Shown here piece after piece: positions 39,511 to 49,812 of a stretch of 64,000 nucleotides of DNA. Position 1 is the stretch's first letter. Each line of letters starts with the position of its first letter. A program made the translations under genes and the position numbers. The notes beneath the pieces were generated by a model. The model was not told the DNA's origin, did no database searches, and saw only the letters and a list, made by a program, of their open reading frames with translations. Source of the stretch: an uncultured Ruminococcus sp. (lineage in GTDB: Bacteria > Bacillota > Clostridia > Oscillospirales > CAG-272); contig CAZVYZ010000005.1 of NCBI GenBank assembly GCA_964630695.1, forward strand, positions 2,487 through 66,486, given 5' to 3'.

Positions 39511-41913
39511 TTATCCTCTCAAAACCAACCCCATTTTGAACTTGAGGTCGTTCAGCATCTTTTTGGAAACCTTGTCTGCTTCTTCAACCGTCAGCGTGCG
39601 GTCGGACGCGCGGAGCGTGACGCGAAGTGCAACCGACTTCTTGCCGGCACCAACCTGCGGACCGCGGTAAATGTCGAACAGTGTGATGTTTTCAACCAAC
39701 TTGCCGCCTGCCTTTGCCATCACACCCTCAATCGCGCCGACTTCCATGTCCTCATCGCAAACGAACGAGAAATCACGGGTCGTTGCGGGGTATTTCGGCA
39801 GAGGATGATAGTGCTTCTTCAACTCCGCATGCGCGAAAATTTCGTCGAATGCCAGTTCTGCCAAGAGAACGGACGCGTCAAATCCGTAATTTGAAGCGGT
39901 GCGGGGGTCTGCCTGACCGAAAATGCCAAGTTCCGTGCCGTCTGCCGCAGTCACTTTTGCACATCTGCCGCGGTGGTAGGCGGGATGGTCAATGCAAGCC
40001 GTGTAGTCACCCCGAATGCCGGCACTTGCGAGAATTGCCTCTACAACACCCTTGAGTGCGTAGAAATCGGTGTTTCCATAGGTGCCGAGCGTCAGAACCT
40101 TTTTCTCGGTCGGCAACTGTGTCTTGTCCGCGTTCGGCAGATAAACCGTTGCCAATTCAAACAGAGAGACGTTTTCGTTGCTCAGATTGTTGTTCCGCGC
40201 CAGAACTTCCAACATGGAGGGGAGCGCCGTGGTCCGCATCACGCTCGTATCCTCGCCGAGCGGGTTGGAAATCACGACCGAGCGACGGAGCGGGCTGTCG
40301 GCAGGCATCCGAATCTTGTCGTAGTATTTCGGACTGATGAATGAGAACGTGTGAATCTGCGAGAAGCCCATGTCTGCCAATCGGTCGGCGGTTGCGCACT
40401 CAAAATTTTGTTTCGGCGTCCTGCCGCCGAGCGTGGTTTTCGCGTTCATATAGGAGGCTTCGATTTTGTCGTACCCCCACATCCGCACAACCTCCTCGGC
40501 AACGTCGTTCATGCAGCCGAGGTCTGCGCGCCACGAGGGGACCAGAATCTTGCCATCCCGAATTTCACAGCCAAGCCCCGTCAGCGACTGCACCATATGT
40601 TCGCTTGGGATGTGCGTTCCAAGGAACGCGTTGTAACGCTCGGGTGTGAACGGCAGGATTGTCTGTTGCCATTTGTCGGGGTAAACGTCAATCACGCCGT
40701 CCACCACGTCGCCCGCACCAAGCAGTTCGACCAATTCGCAGGCGCGCTCTAAAGCGCCCGAGCAGTTTTCGCGGTCAAGTCCTTTTTCAAACCGCGCTGA
40801 GGATTCGGTGCGCATTCCGTTTTTCTTCGCCGTCACGCGTACCGACGCCCCCATGAAGCATGCCGATTCAAACACAACCGTCTGCGTGTCCGCCGTAATT
40901 TCGGAGTTTGCACCGCCCATAACGCCTGCCAACGCGCAGGCTTTTTTTCGGTCCGCGATGACGAGCATCGTGTCATCCAAGGTATGTTCGGTGTTGTCCA
41001 AGGCTTTGAACTGCTCGCCGGTTTTCGCACGGCGGACATTGATTGCGGCGCCGTCGAGACACCGATAGTCAAACGCGTGCATCGGCTGACCGTACTCCAG
41101 CATGACGTAGTTGGTAATATCGACGATGTTGTTGATGGGGCGCACACCCGACGCGCGCAGGCGCATCCGCATCCAGAGCGGGGAGGGGGCGATTTTTACG
41201 TTTTTGACCACCCGAGCGGTGTAGCGATAGCAAAGTTCGGGGGCGGAGATTGTGACGTTCAGGTAATTGTCCACCTTGTCGCCGTCGGGGGTCCCTTTGA
41301 CGGTCGGAGTCTTGACGGTCAAAGGTCTCCCGAATGAAACCGCCGCTTCCCGTGCCAGACCGATGACCGAGAGGCAGTCGGGGCGGTTGGAGGTGATTTC
41401 AAATTCTACCGTTGTGTCGCGGAGCATCAGAACGTCACGGATGTCGTCGCCGAGACGGTCCGCGCAGTCCTCATCCAGAATGAGAATCCCGTTTTCTTCT
41501 TTGCCGGGCATATCGTGTGCGGTCAGTTTCAGTTCTCCCATCGAGCAGAGCATTCCGTTTGACTCCACCCCGCGCAATCTTCCCGCTTTGATGGTCACGT
41601 CACCGGGCAGTTTTGCAACGGGAAGCGCGGCGGGGACCAATGCGCCGACAAAGACGTTCTGTGCGCCTGTGACAATCTGAATGTCGTGACCGAATTTCTC
41701 GCCCGCATCCAGACGGCAGACCCACAGATGGTCGGAATCGGGATGTTTTTCCATTTTGGTCACGCGCGCCACCACCACGTTTTCAATGTCGTCGCCAAGG
41801 ACCTCAAATCCCTCAACTTTGGAACCGGTAATGGTCATGCGGTCGCAGAAATCCTGATTGGTTATATCGTTTGTGTCCACAAAATCGGACAGCCAGTTTC
41901 TGGAAAGATTCAT
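39511..41913 (-). CDS. pheT: Phenylalanyl-tRNA synthetase beta subunit
   Basis: HPDSDHLWVC, QIVTGAQN, ITSNRPDCLS, INNIVDITNY, RTESSARFE, KYPATTRDF. Confidence 0.97.
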   Translation of the reverse strand: MNLSRNWLSDFVDTNDITNQDFCDRMTITGSKVEGFEVLGDDIENVVVARVTKMEKHPDSDHLWVCRLDAGEKFGHDIQIVTGAQNVFVGALVPAALPVAKLPGDVTIKAGRLRGVESNGMLCSMGELKLTAHDMPGKEENGILILDEDCADRLGDDIRDVLMLRDTTVEFEITSNRPDCLSVIGLAREAAVSFGRPLTVKTPTVKGTPDGDKVDNYLNVTISAPELCYRYTARVVKNVKIAPSPLWMRMRLRASGVRPINNIVDITNYVMLEYGQPMHAFDYRCLDGAAINVRRAKTGEQFKALDNTEHTLDDTMLVIADRKKACALAGVMGGANSEITADTQTVVFESACFMGASVRVTAKKNGMRTESSARFEKGLDRENCSGALERACELVELLGAGDVVDGVIDVYPDKWQQTILPFTPERYNAFLGTHIPSEHMVQSLTGLGCEIRDGKILVPSWRADLGCMNDVAEEVVRMWGYDKIEASYMNAKTTLGGRTPKQNFECATADRLADMGFSQIHTFSFISPKYYDKIRMPADSPLRRSVVISNPLGEDTSVMRTTALPSMLEVLARNNNLSNENVSLFELATVYLPNADKTQLPTEKKVLTLGTYGNTDFYALKGVVEAILASAGIRGDYTACIDHPAYHRGRCAKVTAADGTELGIFGQADPRTASNYGFDASVLLAELAFDEIFAHAELKKHYHPLPKYPATTRDFSFVCDEDMEVGAIEGVMAKAGGKLVENITLFDIYRGPQVGAGKKSVALRVTLRASDRTLTVEEADKVSKKMLNDLKFKMGLVLRG

Positions 41914-41931
41914 ATTTTTCTACCTCCTGTC

Positions 41932-42945
41932 TCAGAACTGCTTGAGGAAACGTTCGTCGTTTTCATAGAACAGCCGAATGTCGTCGATTCCGAGAGACGC
42001 CATGGCAATCCGTTCAATACCGAGTCCGAACGCAAAGCCCGTGTACTTTTCGGGGTCGATGTCGCAATTGGACAGCACGAACGGATGCACCATGCCCGCA
42101 CCAAGAATTTCAATCCATCCCTCGCCTTTGCAGAGTCGGCAACCTTTGCCACCGCAAACGAAGCAGGAAACGTCTACTTCGGCAGACGGTTCGGTGAACG
42201 GGAAGTGGTGCGGGCGGAAGCGGATGCGCGTATCCTCGCCGAACATCCGCTTCGCAAAGGTCGCAAGGGTTCCTTTGAGGTCGCCCATCGTGATGCCTTC
42301 GTCCACGACCAATCCCTCAAGTTGATGGAACAGCGGGGAGTGCGTTGCGTCAAGCGCGTCGGAACGGTAAACGCGACCGGGGGAAATGATGCGAATCGGC
42401 GGTTTCTGATGTTCCATCGTGCGGACCTGAACAGGGGAGGTCTGCGAGCGGAGCAGAATGTTGTCCGTGATATAGAACGTATCCTGTGTATCGCGCGCAG
42501 GGTGATTTTCGGGAATGTTCAGTGCTTGGAAGTTGTAGTAATCCAACTCCACTTCGGGTCCCTCGACAATTGAGAAGCCCATGCCGATGAAGATGTCCTC
42601 CAGTACGCGTTGCACTTTGGTCAGCGGGTGAATGTGACCGCAGGGCTGAGCGGTCCCGGGCATGGTGACGTCCAGTTTTTCGCTTTCCAATTTCTTTTCC
42701 AGTGCGCGCACCTGTGCGTCGCGGACCCGCCTTGCAATTGCTTCTTCAATGCTTGCGCGGACTTCATTCGCAAGTTGTCCGATTTGCGGACGTTCCTCGG
42801 CAGAGAGGGACCCCATGCCGCGCAGGACCGCCGTCAGTTCGCCCTTTTTTCCGAGATAGCGAATCTTAATCTGCTCGGGGTCTGCGTCATCGGCATTGAT
42901 TTGTGCCAATGCCGCCTCCCTGATTTTTACAAGTTTTTCTTTCAT
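41932..42945 (-). CDS. pheS: Phenylalanyl-tRNA synthetase alpha subunit
   Basis: [47 protein letters not shown]. Confidence 0.98.
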   Translation of the reverse strand: MKEKLVKIREAALAQINADDADPEQIKIRYLGKKGELTAVLRGMGSLSAEERPQIGQLANEVRASIEEAIARRVRDAQVRALEKKLESEKLDVTMPGTAQPCGHIHPLTKVQRVLEDIFIGMGFSIVEGPEVELDYYNFQALNIPENHPARDTQDTFYITDNILLRSQTSPVQVRTMEHQKPPIRIISPGRVYRSDALDATHSPLFHQLEGLVVDEGITMGDLKGTLATFAKRMFGEDTRIRFRPHHFPFTEPSAEVDVSCFVCGGKGCRLCKGEGWIEILGAGMVHPFVLSNCDIDPEKYTGFAFGLGIERIAMASLGIDDIRLFYENDERFLKQF

Positions 42946-42964
42946 TTTTCCGTTTCCTTTCTCC

Positions 42965-43235
42965 ATCAAAAACAAAAACGCCCGTCCTGAAGAATTTCTT
43001 CTACAGGACGGGACGCAATCAACATCCCGCGGTACCACCCGCATTTCGGCACAAAGCCAACACTCTGTTGACGGTAACGGCGTCTGCCGAATCGGACTAC
43101 AGGCACGGAATCAAGGCGTTCATCCGATTTGCTCCGAAGCGAAATGCGGCTCCGCGCGTATATGTCGCTCCCAGCCGCGGCGACACTCTCTTGAATACGG
43201 CTATGCGGATTCGCTGACTTCTTCTCAGCATTTAG
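42965..43235 (-). ncRNA. T-box leader of pheST
   Basis: Minus strand AAUGCGGGUGGUACCGCG T-box (43027-43045), downstream terminator cccgtcctg...caggacggg plus U-tract, candidate UUC (Phe) specifier at 43141-43143. Confidence 0.9.
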
Positions 43236-43309
43236 GGGGGCAAATTTACCCTCAAACTATTATAACACAGTTTTTATGTTTTTGCAAGACTTTTTGCAAA
43301 ATTTCCGTA

Positions 43310-43344
43310 AAAAAGCCCGTCCCGCTTTTGGCGGGACGGGGGAA
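43310..43344 (-). terminator. Terminator of the OppA-like gene
   Basis: Minus strand cccgtcccgc-caaaa-gcgggacggg followed by ctttttt. Confidence 0.75.
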
Positions 43345-43400
43345 TGCGTCAAAGACGCAAAGCGATAAGGTACTGTTTCAACAGCGGAATTGCGTTTCCG

Positions 43401-45971
43401 TCAGCCGACCAATTTGTTCCAGTCAATGTCGGGAAAAGATTTGAAAATAGACTCGCCCTTTTCATCCACATAGGAATCCGCGTTTTTCAGTTTGGTTTTT
43501 TGGAAATCCGCCGTGCAGTAGTAAGACGAACCGACTTTGGAAAGCGCCTTGCTCTTCAGCGTCGCTTTTTGATTGTAAACGACCGGAATTACAGGCAAAT
43601 CGGTCAGAAGCATATCTTCCGCCTTATGGAGCAGTTTTGCGCGGAACTTCTCCTGCTTGGAGATCTTCACTTTGCAGTCGATTTCGTTGTCGGTATAAAT
43701 CTGCCGGATAGCATCTTTCAACGTAATCGAATTTGCGCTCTCCGCCACTGCCTTTGCGGCTTCTGCGGCAGTTTTTTCACTTGCAATTGCAGTCTGATAT
43801 GCGACAATGGCTTTCTTGCACTTGTCATAGTATTCCGTAATCTTCGTACCGTCGGTCGGCTTCACGCTACCCTGATCGGCGGTTTCTATTGCGGTTGTTG
43901 CCGCGGTAACGTCCGCAATCGCTTTCTGCAATGCCGTTTTTGCCGCTGTCTCTTTTTCGGAGGAGCCTTTTGCCGCCGTCAGATTGGAAGCAAGCGGAAG
44001 CAGGGCAGAGACAGTTCCGTTCAACTGACTCTTCATGATGTCAACGATTGCTTCATAAGCGCTTATCAGATTCTGGACGTCTTTGGAGTCATCGGGGTTC
44101 AGTGTTTCCAACTTTTTCAGGTTGTCACTGATTGCCTTTTCAGCGGAGGTTGCAACCGCATTCAGTTTGCGTTCTGTTGTGGTTGCCATTGCAACATAAG
44201 GCTGTGTTTCCAGATGTTTGACCAGATAGGAATCCTCCGCGCGATTGTCGATTGCGGCAAAGTAGGGGAGGTAATAAATGGCTTCCATTAAAATATTATA
44301 GGCAACGCTGTTATAACCTGTCACATGCGTGTTATACTCAAACACGCCGCCGGCATTATCGGCATACATACTGCCGGAGAAAGCATATGCGTAAGTGGAG
44401 AGCATGGAATATGCGTCGGCTGTGAACGAGCAGGCATCCAGAGCAATGACCTCAAATTTGCCCCTCTGAATGGCTTCCACCCAGATGTCATCGCAGATGT
44501 CCGAGGTCGGCTTGTTATCTTCATCCTCTTTGAGCATGTCGTTGTTCTGAATGGGCTGAATCTTATCGACGGTGACTTGGAATCCCAATTCGTTCCATGC
44601 TTCGGCAATTGCTTCCACTAGCGTCGTATGCACGTTGCTGTATGCTGCGACCTTGATGGAGAAACTGTACTTGGACGGGGTAATGCCCGCCTCGGAAAGA
44701 AGCCGCTTCGCCTCATCCGTTTGCGCGGTGGTGTTGAGTTTGATCGTGACGTCCTTGCTTTCACGGAATTCGCCGGAATTTCCCTTTTCAAACGTTCCAA
44801 ACGGGAGCAGACCGTCTGCCGCTTTCGCGTATACAACCGCTTTTGCGAGCGCTTCGCGGTCCAATGCAAGCGAGAGTGCCTGACGAACTGCCTCGTTTGC
44901 AAAGAGGTACTCACCGTTAATCAGCGCGTTTTCATTCAGATAGCAAACGAACGTGGAGAGCAGGCCCGTGACTTTCGCATCATCCTTTACCGTCTCATTT
45001 TCGCTCAGCGAGAACGGGATGTTGCCAATGTAGAACAGGCGACCGTTTTCGTACTCGGTCATCAGTTCCGCGTCGGTCTTGGTGCAGTCGACAAGGATAC
45101 GGAAAGGGGTAACCGTTGCGTTGACAGCGTCTCTCTTGAGGTCACGGTCAAAGTAACTGTTTCTCTCGAGAATGAAATACTGCAGTGTTTTAGTTGCCCA
45201 CTTGCGTTTGTTCAGCGTGTCGGAAATTGAGCCGTCCTTGCTCATTGCGTAGTCATCGGAAACCTTGATTTCACTGCCTTTTTCATCCGTGACACTCCGG
45301 TAGTTAATCTTACTGAGTTTGAACGGACCGCTGGTTGCGATGGAAGACGGCTTCTTTGCCCAGTCATAGGGGTTAGCGGAAACATAACGGCTCAAAAGCG
45401 GGGCGGTTGCCACGCTTGTCAGGTTCCGGATGAAGCGGTCGTAATCGGTGGGACCCTCAAACGTGACCCGGACAACCGACTGTTCCACCGCTTCGACCCC
45501 GAGGTTATCGATGGAGGCGTCACCTTCCTTGACTGCGCGGGCATTTTTGATGTCGTAAAGAAGAGTTGCTGCCTCATAGTTGTTCTTGGAGTTTACCAAC
45601 CGCTTCCATGCGAACACGACATCCTCAGCAGTCAGGGTATCTTTAACGCTCCAGTAAGTATCTTTGAGTTTCAACTCCATGTAGTATTCGTCTGCTTCCT
45701 CGTTTTCAACAATCTTATAACTTTTCACGAGGTAATTTTCCACCTTGCCTGAGTCGGTCAGACGGAAGAGGGTGGCATACATCAGACTCAGCACATCGGA
45801 AAGATTGCTGTTATAGTATGCGTTAGCAGGGTCAAAGTCATAGATTTCGTTGGTCAGGTACATCGTGATGTAACCGCCGGCATCTTTTTCAACGGTTTTG
45901 CTTTTGCACCCCGCAAGAGTACCCGCAAGCAAAATGACGCAAAGCACGATAGATAAAATCCGTTTTGCCAT
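43401..45971 (-). CDS. Orphan OppA-like (family 5) ABC solute-binding lipoprotein with a large helical insertion
   Basis: Lipobox LAGC; FDPA, WSVKDTLTAEDVVFAWKR, SGPFKL, VRQALSLALDRE, KAEDMLLTDLPVIPVVY; 856 aa; own TTGAAA-N17-TATAAT promoter at 46041-46069. Confidence 0.85.
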   Translation of the reverse strand: MAKRILSIVLCVILLAGTLAGCKSKTVEKDAGGYITMYLTNEIYDFDPANAYYNSNLSDVLSLMYATLFRLTDSGKVENYLVKSYKIVENEEADEYYMELKLKDTYWSVKDTLTAEDVVFAWKRLVNSKNNYEAATLLYDIKNARAVKEGDASIDNLGVEAVEQSVVRVTFEGPTDYDRFIRNLTSVATAPLLSRYVSANPYDWAKKPSSIATSGPFKLSKINYRSVTDEKGSEIKVSDDYAMSKDGSISDTLNKRKWATKTLQYFILERNSYFDRDLKRDAVNATVTPFRILVDCTKTDAELMTEYENGRLFYIGNIPFSLSENETVKDDAKVTGLLSTFVCYLNENALINGEYLFANEAVRQALSLALDREALAKAVVYAKAADGLLPFGTFEKGNSGEFRESKDVTIKLNTTAQTDEAKRLLSEAGITPSKYSFSIKVAAYSNVHTTLVEAIAEAWNELGFQVTVDKIQPIQNNDMLKEDEDNKPTSDICDDIWVEAIQRGKFEVIALDACSFTADAYSMLSTYAYAFSGSMYADNAGGVFEYNTHVTGYNSVAYNILMEAIYYLPYFAAIDNRAEDSYLVKHLETQPYVAMATTTERKLNAVATSAEKAISDNLKKLETLNPDDSKDVQNLISAYEAIVDIMKSQLNGTVSALLPLASNLTAAKGSSEKETAAKTALQKAIADVTAATTAIETADQGSVKPTDGTKITEYYDKCKKAIVAYQTAIASEKTAAEAAKAVAESANSITLKDAIRQIYTDNEIDCKVKISKQEKFRAKLLHKAEDMLLTDLPVIPVVYNQKATLKSKALSKVGSSYYCTADFQKTKLKNADSYVDEKGESIFKSFPDIDWNKLVG

Positions 45972-46090
45972 AGTGTGGAAAAAACCTCCTCATATAAAGA
46001 AAATCCTCCGCGGCGTAGCGAACGCCGGAATACTTCTAATATTATACCGCATTTTCTACCAATTTTCAATAGTTTCCTGAATTTTTTGAT

Positions 46091-46120
46091 GTATATTTTG
46101 TTAATTCTCTTGGCAGATTA
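46091..46120 (+). promoter_or_regulatory. Putative sigma-F/G promoter of gpr
   Basis: GTATA-N16-GGCAGATTA. Confidence 0.45.
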
Positions 46121-46163
46121 AAAAAGCGGGAAGCAGAACAAGGTGACAGAGGGAGGAAACGGA

Positions 46164-47063
46164 ATGACGGAGAATTATGCAAGAACCGATCTTGCGATGG
46201 AAAGTTGCTCGGCGGCAGGAGAGAAACTGCGCGGAGTCGAGCAGACCACGCGGCGCTGTGCGGGGTGTATCGTTCACCGCGTAAGTGTCACATCGTCCGA
46301 GGCGGCTGTGGTGCTTGGAAAACCGCTCGGGACCTATATTACGGTGGATTGCGGTCAGATTCATCGATTTGACCGCGAACGGGTCGGGGAAGTATCGCAT
46401 CTGCTCGCGGGAGAACTGCGCGGCATGACGGGGTCCCTGACCGGGCGGCTTCCGGGGTTTGGGTTGAGCGTTTTTGTCGCGGGACTCGGAAACGCAAAAC
46501 TGACTGCGGATGCGGTCGGTCCCGGGACGGTGGACCGGCTGACCGCAACCCGTCATTTGCAGGAGCATGAATCCGCGCTGTTTCGGGCGCTCGGCTGTTC
46601 CGCGCTGTCCGCGCTGTCTCCGGGGGTTCTCGGACAAACCGGAATCGAAACGCTGGAACTGCTTCGCGGTGCGGTGCGTTCGGTCCGTCCGGACCTTGTG
46701 GTCGTTGTGGATGCGTTGGCGGCAAGAAGTTGTTCGCGCCTTGCTTCCACCATTCAGATTTCGGATAGCGGGATTGTCCCGGGATCCGGTGTGGGAAATC
46801 AGAGGACTGCCATTACGTCCGAAACGCTTGGCGTTCCCGTGATTGCGCTCGGCGTTCCGACTGTGGTGAACTCCTCCACGCTGGTTTGGGACGCACTCAG
46901 AGAGGCGCACATTGAGGAGGTCAGCGACGAATTGCACGCGGTTTTGGAAAACGGAAAATCCTTTTTCGTATCTCCGAAAGAAAGCGACCTGATTTCCGAA
47001 GCGGTTTCCGACCTGCTTGCCGAGGCAATTTCGGAGGCTTTTGTCGGTGAAATGCTGTTCTGA
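46164..47063 (+). CDS. gpr: Germination protease GPR
   Basis: RTDLAME, GKPLGTYIT, GLGN..LTADAVGP, VLGQTGIET, VDALAAR, GSGVGN, GVPTVV. Confidence 0.95.
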   Translation: MTENYARTDLAMESCSAAGEKLRGVEQTTRRCAGCIVHRVSVTSSEAAVVLGKPLGTYITVDCGQIHRFDRERVGEVSHLLAGELRGMTGSLTGRLPGFGLSVFVAGLGNAKLTADAVGPGTVDRLTATRHLQEHESALFRALGCSALSALSPGVLGQTGIETLELLRGAVRSVRPDLVVVVDALAARSCSRLASTIQISDSGIVPGSGVGNQRTAITSETLGVPVIALGVPTVVNSSTLVWDALREAHIEEVSDELHAVLENGKSFFVSPKESDLISEAVSDLLAEAISEAFVGEMLF

Positions 47064-47066
47064 CGG

Positions 47067-47095
47067 TTCTGTTTTTTCGGGCTTTCGCATAGGCT
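47067..47095 (+). promoter_or_regulatory. Putative sigma-E promoter of spoIIP
   Basis: TTCTGTT-N14-CATAGGCT. Confidence 0.4.
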
Positions 47096-47125
47096 GTTGT
47101 GAAAGTCCGGAAAGGGGGACGCAAA

Positions 47126-48166
47126 ATGAAAGAAGAACGCAGACAAATACCGGCACCGCCATCGGACAGTGTCAGGTTGGAACCACCCATCGGCAGAGGA
47201 ACACGGGCGTTTTTGATTTTTCTGGTATGCTGTGCGGTATTGGTAGCGGGGTTTGCCGTCAGTCGGATTTGGTCGGCACGCCGCGAAAAAGGGAATGTAC
47301 CGCCCGAGGAAACGGAAAACGGCACGGCCTCGGGAGACGGCTCTCAGAGCGGTGCAACTACGGTGACGCCCGAAACCGAGCCGATTCCGTCGGGTGCAAC
47401 GGTGATTCGTTCTGCGGACCTGTCCGGAGGGGAGTTGCGGAACGAGACCTCGTATTCGGTGGATTTGACGGCGGTGCGCTCGCTTATTACGGGAGGAAAG
47501 CGCAGTTTTTGCGCCGACCAACCGGTTGTCCTCATTCTGCATACGCACGCACAGGAGGGCTATCGGGCGGATGACGCGCCGCCTTACTTCGCGGGAACGG
47601 TCGGAGATGCCGTCTATTCCGACAATCCCGCGCAAAGCGTGCTTGCCGCAGGAGAGGCGCTTGCGGGAGAACTGAACCGAAACGGCATTCCCGCAATCCA
47701 TTGCACTGCGATTCATGGTGAGGGCGGTACTCTGCGCGGTGCTTACCGAGCGGCGGCGGAGTGCATACAGGCATATCTGAAGCAGTATCCGTCTATCGAA
47801 TACGTGATTGATTTGCATCGGGACGGCATTCTGGATACGGACGGTGCCTGCTTGCGGACTGCCTCCGCCGAGGGGAAAGCGCAGGTCATGGCAGTGGTTG
47901 GGACCGACGGAAACGGAACCGCCTGTCCTTCGTGGCGTTCCAATCTCGGTCTGGCGCTCCGTCTGTTCGACCGCCTGAACGGAGAATCGTCCGGAAGTTG
48001 TCGCGCGGTCTCTTTGCGCAATGCGTCTTACAATCAGGAATTCGCACCGCATTCGCTGTTGCTTGAAATCGGTTCTGCGGGGAACAGCGTATCAGAGGCG
48101 GTCGAGACGGCAACCCGTGTCGGCAAGGCGCTTGCGTATCTGATTGGTTCCGATGTTGACCGCTGA
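47126..48166 (+). CDS. spoIIP: Stage II sporulation protein P
   Basis: N-terminal TM; ILHTHAQEGY, IDLHRDG, SYNQE...SLLLEIGSAGN; follows gpr. Confidence 0.9.
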   Translation: MKEERRQIPAPPSDSVRLEPPIGRGTRAFLIFLVCCAVLVAGFAVSRIWSARREKGNVPPEETENGTASGDGSQSGATTVTPETEPIPSGATVIRSADLSGGELRNETSYSVDLTAVRSLITGGKRSFCADQPVVLILHTHAQEGYRADDAPPYFAGTVGDAVYSDNPAQSVLAAGEALAGELNRNGIPAIHCTAIHGEGGTLRGAYRAAAECIQAYLKQYPSIEYVIDLHRDGILDTDGACLRTASAEGKAQVMAVVGTDGNGTACPSWRSNLGLALRLFDRLNGESSGSCRAVSLRNASYNQEFAPHSLLLEIGSAGNSVSEAVETATRVGKALAYLIGSDVDR

Positions 48167-48529
48167 ACGCTCGTCTTCCGATTTTTCTTCCGCAGATTTT
48201 TTGCGGCGCGCGGGCTTGATTGCGAGATAAACGATTGCGAGAAAGCCCGCCGCGAGAAGCAGAGCGGACACAGGAGCAAGCCGTCCCGTTTCCAATGCGC
48301 CTGCGACACCGACTGCTCCGAGCAGAGCAACCGTTGCACAACCGACCCGCAAAACACGGCGAACCCGAACGGAACACAGAAAAGCCGCTACGATGCGGAA
48401 AAGCCCCGCCAACCGTGCCCGAAGTCCGCAGATGTGACTTTGGCGCGGTTTTCTTGTTTCGGCAAAAAAGGCTTCATATATTCCGTTATTGGAATAGACT
48501 TCTGCGAATTCGGCACATTCTCTGTTCAT
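48092..48529 (-). CDS. Small hypothetical membrane protein (2 TM)
   Basis: Basic N-region then two hydrophobic helices; own exact TTGACA-N17-TATAAT promoter (48572-48600, minus strand). Confidence 0.65.
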   Translation of the reverse strand: MNRECAEFAEVYSNNGIYEAFFAETRKPRQSHICGLRARLAGLFRIVAAFLCSVRVRRVLRVGCATVALLGAVGVAGALETGRLAPVSALLLAAGFLAIVYLAIKPARRKKSAEEKSEDERSAVNIGTNQIRKRLADTGCRLDRL

Positions 48530-48700
48530 GAATCGGTCCTCCTGAATCCTGTTTTGGAATTCTGTGATGCTATTATAACACATCGTATGGCGCTTGTCAA
48601 GAGGTTTTTTCCAAAAAAAGAAAATATTTTTCCGAAACCCCTTTACAAACCGAATTTTATGTGGTATAATAGTATCGAAATCGGAATACGGAGGCGAATA

Positions 48701-49558
48701 ATGGAAACCTATATCGACCGAATCAAACTGATGAAAAATCAGAAAAAACTGACGAACGAGCGCCTGTCCGAGTTGTCCGGAGTTCCGCTCGGAACGCTCA
48801 GCAAACTGCTTGCGGGAATGAATGAATCCCCAAAACTATCCAATATTGTAGCGATATGCTCGGCACTTGACTGTTCGGTGGAATACATCGTTACGGGAGC
48901 GCCGGATAATACCAATAATTACACGTTGGAGCCGGAAGAAATTTCACTGGTGGAAATGTACCGTCGGTTGGACAGTTGGGGAAAATCCGTTGCAACCGTT
49001 GTGATTGCAAAGGAAAGGGAGCGCGTTCTCGGTACGGAATCCGTTCCCGTCGCTCCCGCTGTACCTGCTCCCGCTAAAATTCTGCGTCCGCAAATGCCGC
49101 AGGGGTCTGTCGGACGGTTTGCGGGAGAACGGATTGTCAAAGGGAAACGCTCAATTCGGCTGTATGAGTTGCCTGTTTCCGCAGGGGTCGGCGTATATCT
49201 TGACGACGCGAGAAGCGAGAAAATCAGCATCCCCGGGAACGAAAAAACGGCAGAGGCGGACTATGCACTCCGAATCAGCGGAAACAGCATGGAGCCGAAG
49301 TATCATGACGGAGATATTCTTCTGGTACAGAATGCGGACGGTGTGGAAATCGGGGAGATGGGGATTTTCCTGTTGGACGGGTCCGGCTTTTTCAAGGTGT
49401 TCGACGGCGACCGGCTTCTGTCCCTTAATCCCGAGTACGGTCCGATTCTGCTGAAAGATTTTTCCGATGTGCAGTGCCGCGGGCGCGTGGTCGGAAAGCT
49501 GAGGCGGAAGTCGAGCGCCAAAGCGGATTCCGGCGCTGAGGCGGACGGCAACGATTGA
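48701..49558 (+). CDS. XRE-HTH plus S24 peptidase repressor (CI/HdiR-like)
   Basis: LTNERLSELSGVPLGTLSKL HTH; VSAG.G, GNSMEP (Ser), FFK (Lys); promoter TTTACA-N17-TATAAT at 48642-48670. Confidence 0.9.
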   Translation: METYIDRIKLMKNQKKLTNERLSELSGVPLGTLSKLLAGMNESPKLSNIVAICSALDCSVEYIVTGAPDNTNNYTLEPEEISLVEMYRRLDSWGKSVATVVIAKERERVLGTESVPVAPAVPAPAKILRPQMPQGSVGRFAGERIVKGKRSIRLYELPVSAGVGVYLDDARSEKISIPGNEKTAEADYALRISGNSMEPKYHDGDILLVQNADGVEIGEMGIFLLDGSGFFKVFDGDRLLSLNPEYGPILLKDFSDVQCRGRVVGKLRRKSSAKADSGAEADGND

Positions 49559-49812
49559 ATCTCAAAAAGAAGGATTCTGAAAAAGATACCGAAAAAGGCG
49601 CGTTTTGCGCCTTTTTTGTGATTCGCCGGATTGACAGTATTTTTTCATCCGACAAATCTTGACACCCGGCACGGTTTGTGATATAATAATATATCATTCG
49701 GAAGCAATCAGATGTGACCTCGACAGGACGGTTGCGGTGGAGAATCCCCTGATTGTAACACCGAACAGTGTTGTCCGAAACAGGCTTATCCGAAGAAGAA
49801 ACGGGGGAAAAT

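Noticed and set aside
48092-49558. Prophage
   Set aside because: Only a CI-like repressor is present; no integrase, att-like repeats, or replication, structural or lysis genes, and the flanks are core sporulation genes.
49735-49800. Glycine-riboswitch-like words (GGAGA, CACCGAA, CCGAAGAAG) in the epsG leader
   Set aside because: The CUCUCAGG/UUUCAGG core and tandem architecture are absent, and the gene context does not fit.
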